Position numbers and translations under genes: made by a program. Below are positions 1-9,500 of a DNA stretch of 24,000 bases, one piece after another (the stretch's first letter is position 1; the number at the start of each line of letters is the position of its first letter). This stretch comes from Nitrososphaerota archaeon. GTDB taxonomy: Archaea > Thermoproteota > Nitrososphaeria_A > Caldarchaeales > Caldarchaeaceae. The stretch spans positions 694,370 to 718,369 of the forward strand of contig JBEPYN010000001.1 of NCBI GenBank assembly GCA_041641305.1, in the 5' to 3' direction. A model generated the notes under the pieces. The model worked only from the letters and a program-made list of their open reading frames with translations, was not told the DNA's origin and ran no database searches.

Positions 1-160
1 TCTTGTCCCTCTCGCGGAAAACTTCTCGGCTGTTGGTGTAGACGGCTATCCTCGGCCCCTCGTACTCAATCCTCGACACCGGCTGCTCCCTGGTCTCAAG
101 AGACGAGAAGTACCGTAGCAGCTCCGTCCGAACCCTCTCAACCGAAGCCAATTCTCTCAC
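1..160 (-). CDS. Archaeal CPSF1-like KH/beta-CASP ribonuclease, N-terminal fragment (runs off window)
   Basis: Manual translation from GTG at 160 on the minus strand: MRELASVERVRTELLRYFSSLETREQPVSRIEYEGPRIAVYTNSREVFRERDK..., which resembles the N-terminal KH region of archaeal CPSF/beta-CASP proteins. It lies immediately downstream of a proteasome beta gene, a common archaeal arrangement. Shorter than the ORF-track threshold. Confidence 0.65.
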   Translation of the reverse strand, partial: MRELASVERVRTELLRYFSSLETREQPVSRIEYEGPRIAVYTNSREVFRERDK

Positions 161-161
161 A

Positions 162-833
162 CTACGTTATTGGAAGATAGTTGAAGTATTTCCTGTATAG
201 GGGTGCTTTCTCGTCGAGCGAAAGCTCCCCGTAACCTTTATCCCTTAAAACATAGGCGACGTCGACGCTGTCGCCGCTTCCCGCATCACGTCTAATAGCG
301 GCCGAAACCGCTTGAAACGCGAGCTCAACCGCTTCGTCGAAGCTCATGTCCTCGCGATAGTTTGGCTCGAGTACGCCGTAGGCAACCGGGCTGCCTGAAC
401 CTGTGGAGATGAGCTTCTCCTCTGTGACGGAGCCGAAGGGGTCGAGGTTGTAGAGATGTGGGCCCTCGTTATCAACGCCTGCGAGGATCAACTGTGCGTA
501 GAAGGGGAAGAAGCGTGAGCTGAACATGATGCTTGAGGTTAGTCGCGCGACCGCGGGCAGCGACATGGTCTGCCCCCGCATAATCTGGTAGTAGTTGATG
601 TTTGCCTTAAGCAAGTCTATGAGGCTCTGAGCGTCGGCCACACGGCCGGCTATTGTGATGGCAACATGAGGAGCTAATGGGAAGACTTTCTTGCCTCTTC
701 TATGGGCTACGAAGAAACCCGCTGTTACACGGGTGTCTGTTGCCACTACTACCGCGTCTTTAACCACCATGCCAACGGTGGTGGTCCCTGTCGTCAAAGC
801 CTTGGGCTTGTCAACCGGATACAAATGCAGCAC
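162..833 (-). CDS. psmB: Proteasome beta subunit (N-terminal threonine hydrolase)
   Basis: Short propeptide followed by the G|TTTVG processing site (..KALTTG|TTTVGMVVKDAVVVATDTR), Lys in VAHRRGKKV, and GSGSPVAYGVLE. Confidence 0.95.
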   Translation of the reverse strand: MLHLYPVDKPKALTTGTTTVGMVVKDAVVVATDTRVTAGFFVAHRRGKKVFPLAPHVAITIAGRVADAQSLIDLLKANINYYQIMRGQTMSLPAVARLTSSIMFSSRFFPFYAQLILAGVDNEGPHLYNLDPFGSVTEEKLISTGSGSPVAYGVLEPNYREDMSFDEAVELAFQAVSAAIRRDAGSGDSVDVAYVLRDKGYGELSLDEKAPLYRKYFNYLPIT

Positions 834-920
834 CTTGATATTTTACAGGCGTTGATGAAATGCTGTCAGCACCTTAAAAACCTTCCCACACCATCGCAAA
901 GCCGCCGATACTCTGCTTGC

Positions 921-931
921 GTTTAAATAAA
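921..931 (+). promoter_or_regulatory. Probable TATA box for the FKBP gene (GTTTAAATAAA)
   Basis: AT-rich archaeal TATA-like element centred about 27 nt upstream of the ATG at 953, consistent with near-leaderless transcription. It also implies the ORF-track TTG start at 917 is wrong. Confidence 0.5.
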
Positions 932-952
932 ACGTTTGAGGTGTTGAGTGGG

Positions 953-1669
953 ATGGCGGAGGAAAAGGCTTCAAAGAGTCAGCAGCTGGCCGTCGAGCCC
1001 AACTCCTATGTCTTGGTTGATTACACCATCAGGGTCAAAGAGACAGGCGAGCTCGTGGACACGACCGTCGAAGAGGAGGCGGTGAAAGCAGGTGTCCGCG
1101 ACGCCTCGAAGGTCTATGAGCCAAAGCTTGTGATCGTGGGGAAGGGATTTCTGCTCAAAGCAATCGAAGACGAGATGATTGGGCTGAAGCCCTCTGAGAA
1201 GAAGTCATTCGAGATTGCGCCTGAGAAGGCTTTTGGACAGCGTGATCCCGCGAACGTGAAGACTATTCCGTTGAAGAGGTTTAGGGACTCTGACACGCCG
1301 CCGAGGGTGGGTGCGGTGGTTAACGTGGATGGCAGGCAGGGAGTTATCAGGGCTGTTGGCTCCGGACGTGTGCAGGTGGATTTCAACCACTACCTCGCGG
1401 GGAAAACGCTTGTCTGCGACCTCGAAATAAAATCGATTCTGACCGATGAACTTGACAAGGTCCGAAACCTAATACACATGCATTTCCCCGACGTCCCCCT
1501 CGAGAAGTTTGAGGTAAACTTGGCACCACCTCTCCTACGCGTCAAAATCCCCGAGGAGGCTTTCCTCGCACCCGGCATCCAGTTGGCGAAACGTGCGCTG
1601 GCCAGGGAGTTTAAGGAGGCTGTGAAGGGCCTCGAGAAAGTCGTCTTCGAAGAAGAATATAGCGGATAA
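953..1669 (+). CDS. FKBP-type peptidyl-prolyl cis-trans isomerase, SlyD-like long archaeal form with C-terminal extension
   Basis: VLVDYTIRVKETGELVDTT, MIGLKPSEKKSFEIAPEKAFGQRDP and VGAVVNVDGRQGVIRAVGSGRVQVDFNHYLAGKTLVCDLEI are typical FKBP/SlyD motifs. Start moved from 917 (TTG) to ATG 953. Confidence 0.9.
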   Translation: MAEEKASKSQQLAVEPNSYVLVDYTIRVKETGELVDTTVEEEAVKAGVRDASKVYEPKLVIVGKGFLLKAIEDEMIGLKPSEKKSFEIAPEKAFGQRDPANVKTIPLKRFRDSDTPPRVGAVVNVDGRQGVIRAVGSGRVQVDFNHYLAGKTLVCDLEIKSILTDELDKVRNLIHMHFPDVPLEKFEVNLAPPLLRVKIPEEAFLAPGIQLAKRALAREFKEAVKGLEKVVFEEEYSG

Positions 1670-2018
1670 AGGCTGCGACGTAGACGATTTGGAGCAGGTT
1701 GCCGACGAGGAAAATGCCTGATTCAAGCGCTCGGCCTGATGTTAGGAAAAATATGTGGGCGGGGGCTGGGAGAGAGATGGACAGAACCGTGATGGCGAGA
1801 ACCATTCCAAGCCAGTATCCCGCTGCCCTGTCGAGAAAAGCCAACACCGTCGCGGCGACAAACCCTGTGAACCCTATGAGAAGCATGGAGAGAAGCCATG
1901 GAGGAACAATCCGCCACGCCGTGGCTATAAACACCACACCCAAAACGCTGGTGGCCGCGAGGAGGATGCGGAGTAGCTTCATGTATTTCTTTGTGTATGC
2001 TGCGGGATTTATAGGCAT
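1611..2018 (-). CDS. Hypothetical multi-span membrane protein (about 4 hydrophobic segments)
   Basis: 135-aa ORF with hydrophobic segments LLRILLAATSVLGVVFIATAW, WLLSMLLIGFTGFVAATVLAFL, YWLGMVLAITVLSISL and SGIFLVGNLLQIVYVAAFI, directly downstream of nusA. The 3' end overlaps the convergent FKBP gene. Confidence 0.6.
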   Translation of the reverse strand: MPINPAAYTKKYMKLLRILLAATSVLGVVFIATAWRIVPPWLLSMLLIGFTGFVAATVLAFLDRAAGYWLGMVLAITVLSISLPAPAHIFFLTSGRALESGIFLVGNLLQIVYVAAFIRYILLRRRLSRGPSQPP

Positions 2019-2023
2019 CCGGT

Positions 2024-2458
2024 TTACTGGATTGCCACGTGGTCTATGTTGAAGTGTCGTTTGACGAGGAGGCGGGCAAGGTTGATGTTTTTCCCGTCCT
2101 TGCCGATTGCCACGCCCTTGTCACGCGGGTTAACGTTGACCACCGCGATTTTCCTGCCGTCGGGTTTCTCAGACACCCTGACCGGTTCGATGACCTCCGC
2201 GGGATAGAGAAGGTTCTTTATGAAGACCGTGGCATCTGTGGAATATTCGACAACCTTGATACGTTTCCGAAATATGCGGACAAGCTCTTTTATTTTTGCG
2301 CCGTGTCCCATCAACGCTTTTTTCAAATCACCCTGCCTCACCACAAAAGTTATGATATCCTCTTCGTCGACGCAGTCTACAACAGCCGCGCCGGTGACTG
2401 CTTCAAACATCTGAATGTACTTGATTTCTTTTTCGGTGAGTTTCACTCCTTCGCCCAA
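2024..2458 (-). CDS. nusA: NusA-like transcription factor with KH domains
   Basis: VEYSTDATVFIKNLLYPAEV and VNVNPRDKGVAIGKDGKNINLARLLVKRHFNIDHVAI (intact GKDG KH loop). Position rpoH-rpoB-rpoA-rpl30e-nusA is the canonical archaeal order. Confidence 0.92.
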   Translation of the reverse strand: MGEGVKLTEKEIKYIQMFEAVTGAAVVDCVDEEDIITFVVRQGDLKKALMGHGAKIKELVRIFRKRIKVVEYSTDATVFIKNLLYPAEVIEPVRVSEKPDGRKIAVVNVNPRDKGVAIGKDGKNINLARLLVKRHFNIDHVAIQ

Positions 2459-2763
2459 GCGGTTTCACTCCGGACGTGGTCGAGGATGTCAGAGCTGCCG
2501 GCGTCGAGGACGGCTATGAAAGAGGTTGAGAAAGGCTTACGCAGAGCAAGACCCAGCTCTGCAGGCGTGAGCTCGGTAACAATGACGGGCACATCGAAGG
2601 CCTTTGCGACTATTCGTAGTCTCGCGAGGAGCTCTGGGCTGGAATGTGTCGAGGCCACAACGGCAACCGCCTTTTTCTGCATCACTTTACGCATCGTTTC
2701 ACGGTAGCCAACGACGAGAGAACCTGTCCGGGTGATTACCTGCAGCGACTGCCGCAAATCCAT
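2443..2763 (-). CDS. rpl30e: Ribosomal protein L30e-like
   Basis: L30e/L7Ae-fold sequence (GSLVVGYRETMRKVMQKKAVAVVASTHSSPELLARLRIVAKAFDVPVIV..ELG) located between rpoA and nusA. Confidence 0.9.
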   Translation of the reverse strand: MDLRQSLQVITRTGSLVVGYRETMRKVMQKKAVAVVASTHSSPELLARLRIVAKAFDVPVIVTELTPAELGLALRKPFSTSFIAVLDAGSSDILDHVRSETAWAKE

Positions 2764-2765
2764 CT

Positions 2766-5700
2766 CTACTCACCTCTCTCGTGGCTCATCAACAGGTTTA
2801 CCATACCTGTTCCCACCTGTATTTCACGTCCAATAAGAATTCTTTCGACGTTGCCCTTCAGGTTATCGACCTCGCCGCGTGCAGCCGCCTCGAGAAGGGT
2901 CTGGACACTAATCTCATATGCGGCTCTCGCCAACACGCTGCTCTTCAGCTTCACGACACCGTGTCTGCCGATTTGTTTGACGCTGCCGCTGACGGTCATC
3001 ATGTCAGCGAGAAGGAGTAGGTGTCTCAGGTCGACGTCGAGGCCCTGGTCCTCGAGAACGGCCTTGGCCTCTTCTACTATCGCGTTGCGGGCGGCTTCTA
3101 TCCCGAAAACCTCCGCTATCTCGTAGATGTCGTTGGTTTTTATTCTTCTCCAGTCGACGCCGGGGACCTCCATTACCTCCCGTAGGTTGGAGCCCTCTGT
3201 TCTGATGACGTATTCATCGTTTTCCTTGAACACCGTGGCCTTCTTAATCTTGCGTATACCCTTAACCTTGATGGCTGAAATTCTCTCCCTTACACCTGAT
3301 ATATCCGTCAAGCTCTCCTCATCCAGCTTAACCGAGATAACGTGTCTCTCCTCGTCATATTCTGCTCCATGACCCTTCAAAGCCTTATCAATGTCCTTCT
3401 TTGTCACACCATGTTCTTCAAGGCTTTTATCGTCGAGGCGAACCTCCAAGGCTCCACGCTTATAGTTGACAAGAACCTCTGAAATCAAGTCTCCAATTGT
3501 AGTGTGCTGTATCTGCTTAGCAAGCTTCCTCGCCTTAGCGAGGTTGTTCGCATACTCCGGTGCCAACGGTATGTACATTATGGGTGTTGTGGGTGTACGA
3601 CGTGCGTCAACTATCTCGATGAGCCTCGGCAACCCCTTGAGAATGCTCTGCTCACCGACACCTGCGAAGTGGAAGGTTCGAAGCGTAAGCTGGGTGCCCG
3701 GCTCACCGATAGACTGGGCCGTCACCACTCCTACAGCGTCCCCAGGTTCCGCTAAGGAGTTGCTGAACTTTGAAACTGTTTCCTCAACTATTTTGTCGAC
3801 CGCCGCTGTTGGTGGTTTTGTTTTCTCCAGCTCCATCCGCAGCTCGTCTATGATTTTCTTGTTGAGTCTGTCGGCAGCCTGTTGTAGTTTCTGCTCTATG
3901 TATTCGGGGGTGGCGGGTTTTCCGGATGGCGCTGACGCGAGGACCGTGTTGACGATGTTTGAGACGGTTACGGCTTTACCATGGTCTGACTTCGCTGGGT
4001 CGACACCATCCTCTCCATAGGCGAACTGGATAATTCTGCCCTCGTCCGCTGTTCTCACCGTGCCGTCGTAGTCGATGTATAGAGACTCCAACGCGTTTAT
4101 GAGACGGCGCTGCATGTATCCGCTCTGCTGTGTCCTGACAGCTGTGTCGACAAGTCCGTCGCGTCCGCCGACGGCGTGGAAGAAGAACTCCAGCGGGTCA
4201 AGTCCTGAGATAAAGGAGTTGTAAACGAATCCTCGGGCGCGTGGCGAGACATCGTTCGGCTTGAAGAAGCTTAGCACACGTTTGCGGTATCCTCTGTGGA
4301 TACGTTCTCTTCTGACAGACTGCTGGCCAACGACGGCTATCATCTGGTCAAGGTTGAGCATCGTGCCTCTCGCTCCTGTTTTAGCCATTATGAAGGCCGA
4401 GCTATTCTGCGACACCCTTGACCTTATGAGTTTTCCAGCTGAGTCTCGTGCCTCGCTCAGTATTTTGAGGACATCTGCTTCGAAGGCCTGCTCAGCCGTC
4501 ATCCCTGGCGGAATCTCCACTTCACCCGCCTGATACAGTGCAAGGAGTTTGGAGAACTCTGTCTCCGATTTCTTGAATATCTGCTGTATTTCGCTGTGTA
4601 TCTGGTCAGGCACGTAGAGATCGTCGACGGAGAAGGTGAAGCCTTTCAACTCGATGAAGGTGTTGGCCAGCCGCACCACGTTGTCCAGGAACTGGCGCGC
4701 AACCTCTGGGCCGTAGTCGCGGGCAAGCCTGTGCAAAATGCTGTTGGCTTTCTCCACCCCAACCGAGCCCTTGTCTATCACTCCGGAGACGAGCTGCCCG
4801 TTTTTGACCACGACCTCGGTGTTGGTGAAGGAGGATTTGGTGACGTGGTTGAAGTCTTTGGGCAGTAAGAGGCTGAAGACCTGTTTACCTGTCCACATGG
4901 GCTCAGGATCTTTGGTCGCTGGCGGAGGCAGGGGACCCTTATATTTTATCGCCGCCAGCAACATGGATAGCTCGGATTTGTTGAGCCGTGTTTCATCCCG
5001 TGTAAGCAGGTAGAGTGAGGTGAGGAAGTCTCTAATTACTCCGATGATCGGAGCCCCGTATCTTGGTGAGATGATGTTGTTTTCGACGACGAGGATTTCG
5101 CGGGCCTCTGTCTGGGCTTCCTCGCTCTGGGGCACGTGGAGGTTCATTTCGTCGCCGTCGAAGTCGGCGTTGTATGGTGTGCAGACAGCGGGGTTGAGGC
5201 GGAGCGTCTTGTATGGAAGAACACGGACGTAATGCGCCATTATGGACATCCTGTGCAGAGAAGGCTGCCGGTTGAAGAGCACTATATCACCATCCTGCAG
5301 ATGTCTCTCGACGACGTAGCCGGGTTCAAGAGCCGTGGCAATCTCTTCGAGGTTGGCCACAAACTTTAGCCTAACCCGTTTCCCGTCGGGCCTTATGATG
5401 TATTTTGCGCCCGGGTATTTGTCGGAGCCGTTGCGGACAAGCATCCGCATTTTCTCGAGGTTCCAGGGTGTCACTCTCTCGGCTACAGTAAGCTGCATAG
5501 CCACCTCAAGCGGGACACCGACCTCGTTGATGCGGATGTTTGGATCGGGTGAGATGACTGTCCGCGCCGAGAAGTCGACGCGTTTACCTGAGAGGTTAAG
5601 CCTGAACCTGCCCTCCTTACCCTTGAGACGCTGAGCCAAAGTCTTCAACACTCTGCCAGACCTATGCTTCGCCGGAACCACGCCGACAGCCTCGTTGTTG

Positions 5701-6530
5701 AAATACGTGGTCACATGGTATTGGAGAAGGTCTGAAAGCTCCTCTATGACGGGGGACGGTGAGCCGGCTCGGATGTTTTCGCGGAGACGCTGCGTAACCC
5801 TGAGGATGTCGACGAGCTTGTGTGTGAGGTCGTCCTCGGACCTGTAGCCAGATTCGAGGGTTATGCTCGGCCTCACGTAGACAGGTGGAACAGGGAGAAC
5901 GGTAAGCACCATCCACTCGGGCCGCGAGGTCTGCGGGTTGATGTCCAAGAGTATGAGGTCTGAGTCGGATATTCTCTCGAGCCTCGCTCTCACCGTGCTC
6001 GGGTTGAGTTTTGTGGACCCGCTTTCAGACATCTCGGAGAAAGATGTAGGCTTCTCAAGCTCCAGCCTTAGCTGTTTCTCGCCACAGTGTGGGCAGACCT
6101 GCGTATTCATCGCCTTCTGCTTAATTCTGTAGATGAGGTTTTTGAAAGGCAGGTTGTTGGCTTTGAGACGCTCCAGCTCCTGGTGATATTTCTTGACCTC
6201 GTCTTCTGGAAGCAGTATTCTTCCGCAGGAGCGGCATGTGGATTTGAGAAGTTCGTAGATGGTTTTTGCGAAGCCGACGTGTATAACGGGGACGGGGAGC
6301 TCGATGCGGCCGAAGTGTCCGGGGCAGCCAAGGTAGGTGTTTCCACATGTTTTGCACCTTTGCCCGGGCTCGAGGGTTCCGAGCCTCGGGTCCATGACGC
6401 TTGTGGGTATGGGTAGGCCGTCTTCGTCGTAGGTGTCTGGGCTGATTATCTCGGCTACGCTCATCTTTCTTATCAGGTCTGGCGAAAGGATGCCGAACCT
6501 TATGCCGGCGACAGATGCTGCGGTGCTCAT
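2766..6530 (-). CDS. rpoA: DNA-directed RNA polymerase largest subunit, A' and A'' in one polypeptide
   Basis: NADFDGDEMNLHVPQ catalytic loop, zinc motif CKTCGNTYLGCPGHFG, bridge/trigger region VGVVTAQSIGEPGTQLTLRTFHFAG, continuous to ..VNLLMSHERGE. Preferred start is ATG 6530 (MSTAASVAGIRFG..), which overlaps the rpoB TGA (ATGA). The ORF track extends to 6569. Confidence 0.97.
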   Translation of the reverse strand: MSTAASVAGIRFGILSPDLIRKMSVAEIISPDTYDEDGLPIPTSVMDPRLGTLEPGQRCKTCGNTYLGCPGHFGRIELPVPVIHVGFAKTIYELLKSTCRSCGRILLPEDEVKKYHQELERLKANNLPFKNLIYRIKQKAMNTQVCPHCGEKQLRLELEKPTSFSEMSESGSTKLNPSTVRARLERISDSDLILLDINPQTSRPEWMVLTVLPVPPVYVRPSITLESGYRSEDDLTHKLVDILRVTQRLRENIRAGSPSPVIEELSDLLQYHVTTYFNNEAVGVVPAKHRSGRVLKTLAQRLKGKEGRFRLNLSGKRVDFSARTVISPDPNIRINEVGVPLEVAMQLTVAERVTPWNLEKMRMLVRNGSDKYPGAKYIIRPDGKRVRLKFVANLEEIATALEPGYVVERHLQDGDIVLFNRQPSLHRMSIMAHYVRVLPYKTLRLNPAVCTPYNADFDGDEMNLHVPQSEEAQTEAREILVVENNIISPRYGAPIIGVIRDFLTSLYLLTRDETRLNKSELSMLLAAIKYKGPLPPPATKDPEPMWTGKQVFSLLLPKDFNHVTKSSFTNTEVVVKNGQLVSGVIDKGSVGVEKANSILHRLARDYGPEVARQFLDNVVRLANTFIELKGFTFSVDDLYVPDQIHSEIQQIFKKSETEFSKLLALYQAGEVEIPPGMTAEQAFEADVLKILSEARDSAGKLIRSRVSQNSSAFIMAKTGARGTMLNLDQMIAVVGQQSVRRERIHRGYRKRVLSFFKPNDVSPRARGFVYNSFISGLDPLEFFFHAVGGRDGLVDTAVRTQQSGYMQRRLINALESLYIDYDGTVRTADEGRIIQFAYGEDGVDPAKSDHGKAVTVSNIVNTVLASAPSGKPATPEYIEQKLQQAADRLNKKIIDELRMELEKTKPPTAAVDKIVEETVSKFSNSLAEPGDAVGVVTAQSIGEPGTQLTLRTFHFAGVGEQSILKGLPRLIEIVDARRTPTTPIMYIPLAPEYANNLAKARKLAKQIQHTTIGDLISEVLVNYKRGALEVRLDDKSLEEHGVTKKDIDKALKGHGAEYDEERHVISVKLDEESLTDISGVRERISAIKVKGIRKIKKATVFKENDEYVIRTEGSNLREVMEVPGVDWRRIKTNDIYEIAEVFGIEAARNAIVEEAKAVLEDQGLDVDLRHLLLLADMMTVSGSVKQIGRHGVVKLKSSVLARAAYEISVQTLLEAAARGEVDNLKGNVERILIGREIQVGTGMVNLLMSHERGE

Positions 6531-9500
6531 ATCTCGGGCTCCTCCAACAAAATTCTTGGATGTATGCACATGCTCATCATCTCATTGAGAAGCAGGTAGA
6601 ATGCGTATGACATCGAGACAGCCTTGACACGCACATCTTTCCCGTCAACAGGGCAGACAAACCTTTCCTGCTTAAGGTCATAGTAGCATGGCATGCCGCA
6701 TTTCTCGCAGAAGTAGGCGGTGTATTTGTCGCTCTGCTCGAGAAGCCTGTCTAGAAGCAGGTAGGATGCGCCGTAGGCTATCAAGCAGTCTCTCTCCATT
6801 TCGCCGAACTTGAGGCCTCCGCCTCTTGACCTTCCCTCGGTAGGCTGACGGGTGAGCATCTGGACCTGTCCGCGGGAACGTGCGTGGATTTTGTCTCGTA
6901 CAAGGTGGTGGAGACGCTGGTAGTAGACTACTCCTATGAAGACCTCGGCCTCGAGAGCTTTTCCCGTGGCCCCGTTGTAGAGAAGCTCTCTTCCGCTGCT
7001 CTTGAACCCGAGGGCCTCCAGCTCCGTCCTAAGCTCCTCAAGTGATTTGCCGAGGAACGGTGTGCCGTCCACAATCTCGGCTTTGACGCTTCCCAGCTTA
7101 CCCGCCAAGCTCTCAATCAGCTGCCCAATCGTCATACGTGATGGAAAGGCATGTGGGTTGATGAGAAGATCGGGAACAAGCCCGTCCTTGGTGTATGGCA
7201 TATCCTCCTGAGGAATAAGCATACCGACCACACCCTTCTGCCCATGTCTGGAGGAAAACTTGTCACCAATCTCGGTGAAGCATGTGGAGCGTACCTTTGC
7301 CTTGACGAGAAGGTTTCCCTCAGCGTTTATGGTGATGAAGATACTTTCCACGTTGCCTGTTTCGCTTGGCTGCACAGCCTCCGAAGAATCTCTCCAAACC
7401 ATTTCACGGGTAGGGACACGCTGGTATTCCTCGAGGAAACGCGGCGGACTCATCATACCGACTATGACCGTGCCGCCTGAGACGTCTGACTCGATGTGCG
7501 CGAACCCGTCTTTATCAAGCACTCTGTAAAACTGCTCACCTCTGTATCCGCGCACCGAGGGCTCAGGTATGCCGAACTTGTCTCTCTGGCCGCCCGGCGT
7601 CTGCCGCGCCTCAACCTCGTAAACTCTCCAGCTAAGCGAAAGCCCGAGGCCTCTCTCCACAGACGACCTGTTCAGCACCACGGCGTCCTCCATGTTGTAT
7701 CCCCGACCTGTCAAAATCGCCACAACCATGTTCTGCCCCGAAGGCCGCGTATCCATCCCAATCAAGTCAGAAGTCCTCGTATTGACAACCGGTTTCTGCG
7801 GATAAACAAGGAGATGACTGCGGGAATCTGTTCGCAGAGAATAGTTGGATGCAAAGACGCCTAGTGCCTGTTTGGCCATGGCTCCCTCGTAGACGTTGCG
7901 CGGAGACTGGTTATGTTCCGCATATGGTATCAGAGAGGCCGCTACACCCAGCATGGTGAAGGGCGATATCTCGAGATGTGTGTGCTCGTTGGTGACTTTG
8001 TCCGGTGAAATGGCGACGTATGCGTTCTCTTCCTCCTCGGCGTCGAGATACTCTATGATGCCGAGGCTCACCAAATCCCTGAACTTGGAGGTCTTTCTCC
8101 TTATGAGCTCGACATGCTGTTTCTGGAGAAGAGGCTGACCGTTCTGCACAACTATCAGAGGCCTCCGTATCCTGCCCTCATCCGTGTTTATCACAACCTC
8201 CTGAACATGGCCGTAGCTGTAAAACGCCACGTTGATGTTTTGGCTGATTATCCCCTCTCTCCGCAGCCGCCTCAGCTCGTTAACCAGCAGCGAGCCGTTG
8301 CTGTGATAACCCTCAAGCACACCGTCTACAAACACCTTCACATTCGGCGGCGTCTTCCTCTTCGCTATAATCTCGTTAAGCGGAATAACGTTTAGCTGGA
8401 AAAGCTTATCGAACAACTCTTTCTTGTTGGCCTGGAAAGATACCTCGGCCGATAGGGCGAGGTTCTTCACAAGCCCGGCGTTGCTGCCCTCGGGCGTCTC
8501 ACATGGGCAGAGACGGCCCCAGTGTGTGCCGTGGAGGTCACGGGCCTCGAAGTGCGGCTGGCCTCTGCTAAGCGGCGACTGCACCCTACGCAGGTGGCTT
8601 AGGGTGGCGAGGTAGTTTGTTCTGTTGAGGAGCTGGGTTACACCTACTCTTCCACCGGGCCAGTTGCCCGTGGCCATGGCGTGTTTGACAAATTCTGAGA
8701 CTATTCCATGGCGGACGTATGTGGAGATTGATATGGGCTGCCGTGTTGGAATTATTCTCTCCAGCTGATAGCGGAGATCGCGCAATAGCTTGACGAAAGC
8801 CATGCGGTACAGCTCGGTCAAAAGAGCTGACTCGAGCTTGAGCCGTTTGTTGGCGTAGTGATCTCTGTCATCAGGCTCCCTCAGTCCGAGGCTAGTCTCG
8901 AGAACGCGGCCAATCATCTCGCAGAGATGCACCGCCTTCTTCATGCGCGCGGCCTTTGTTGTCCCGAGATGAAGCATGAACATCGTGTCCACGATCTGCT
9001 CTGCCTTCTCGAGCCTATACTCCTCCGCATAGCCAAACGCTATCCTGCTTCCGATATAGTCGAGAGCCTGCTCAACAGTCTCCACACCCTCTGCCTCGCG
9101 GAAACTCGGCTCAAGAAGCTCCTGCACCTCCTTAAGCGGCGAAATAAGGTTCGCAATCTCCTGATCCTTGGTTAACCCGAGAGCTCTAAGCATGATGATG
9201 GCTGGCACTCCTTTGTAGATTCGTGAGAAATACACCTTTATCGGCGAGTCTTTACGGTAGTTGACCTCAACCCTCACTTGTCGGCCATGTGCGGCCGAAA
9301 GAATTACGGCGGAGTACTGTGGTTTGCTGTCTCCCTCTTTTTTGGTGACTATGATGCGGTTGGGCGAGAGGTCTTCTATGCCTACTATGACTCTCTCGGA
9401 ACCGTTTATGATGAAGTAGCCGCCGGGGTCTTGTGGGTCTTCGCCGTGTGCGAGAAGCTCGTCATGCGTCATCTTGGAGAGTGGGCAGATGTCGCTCTTC

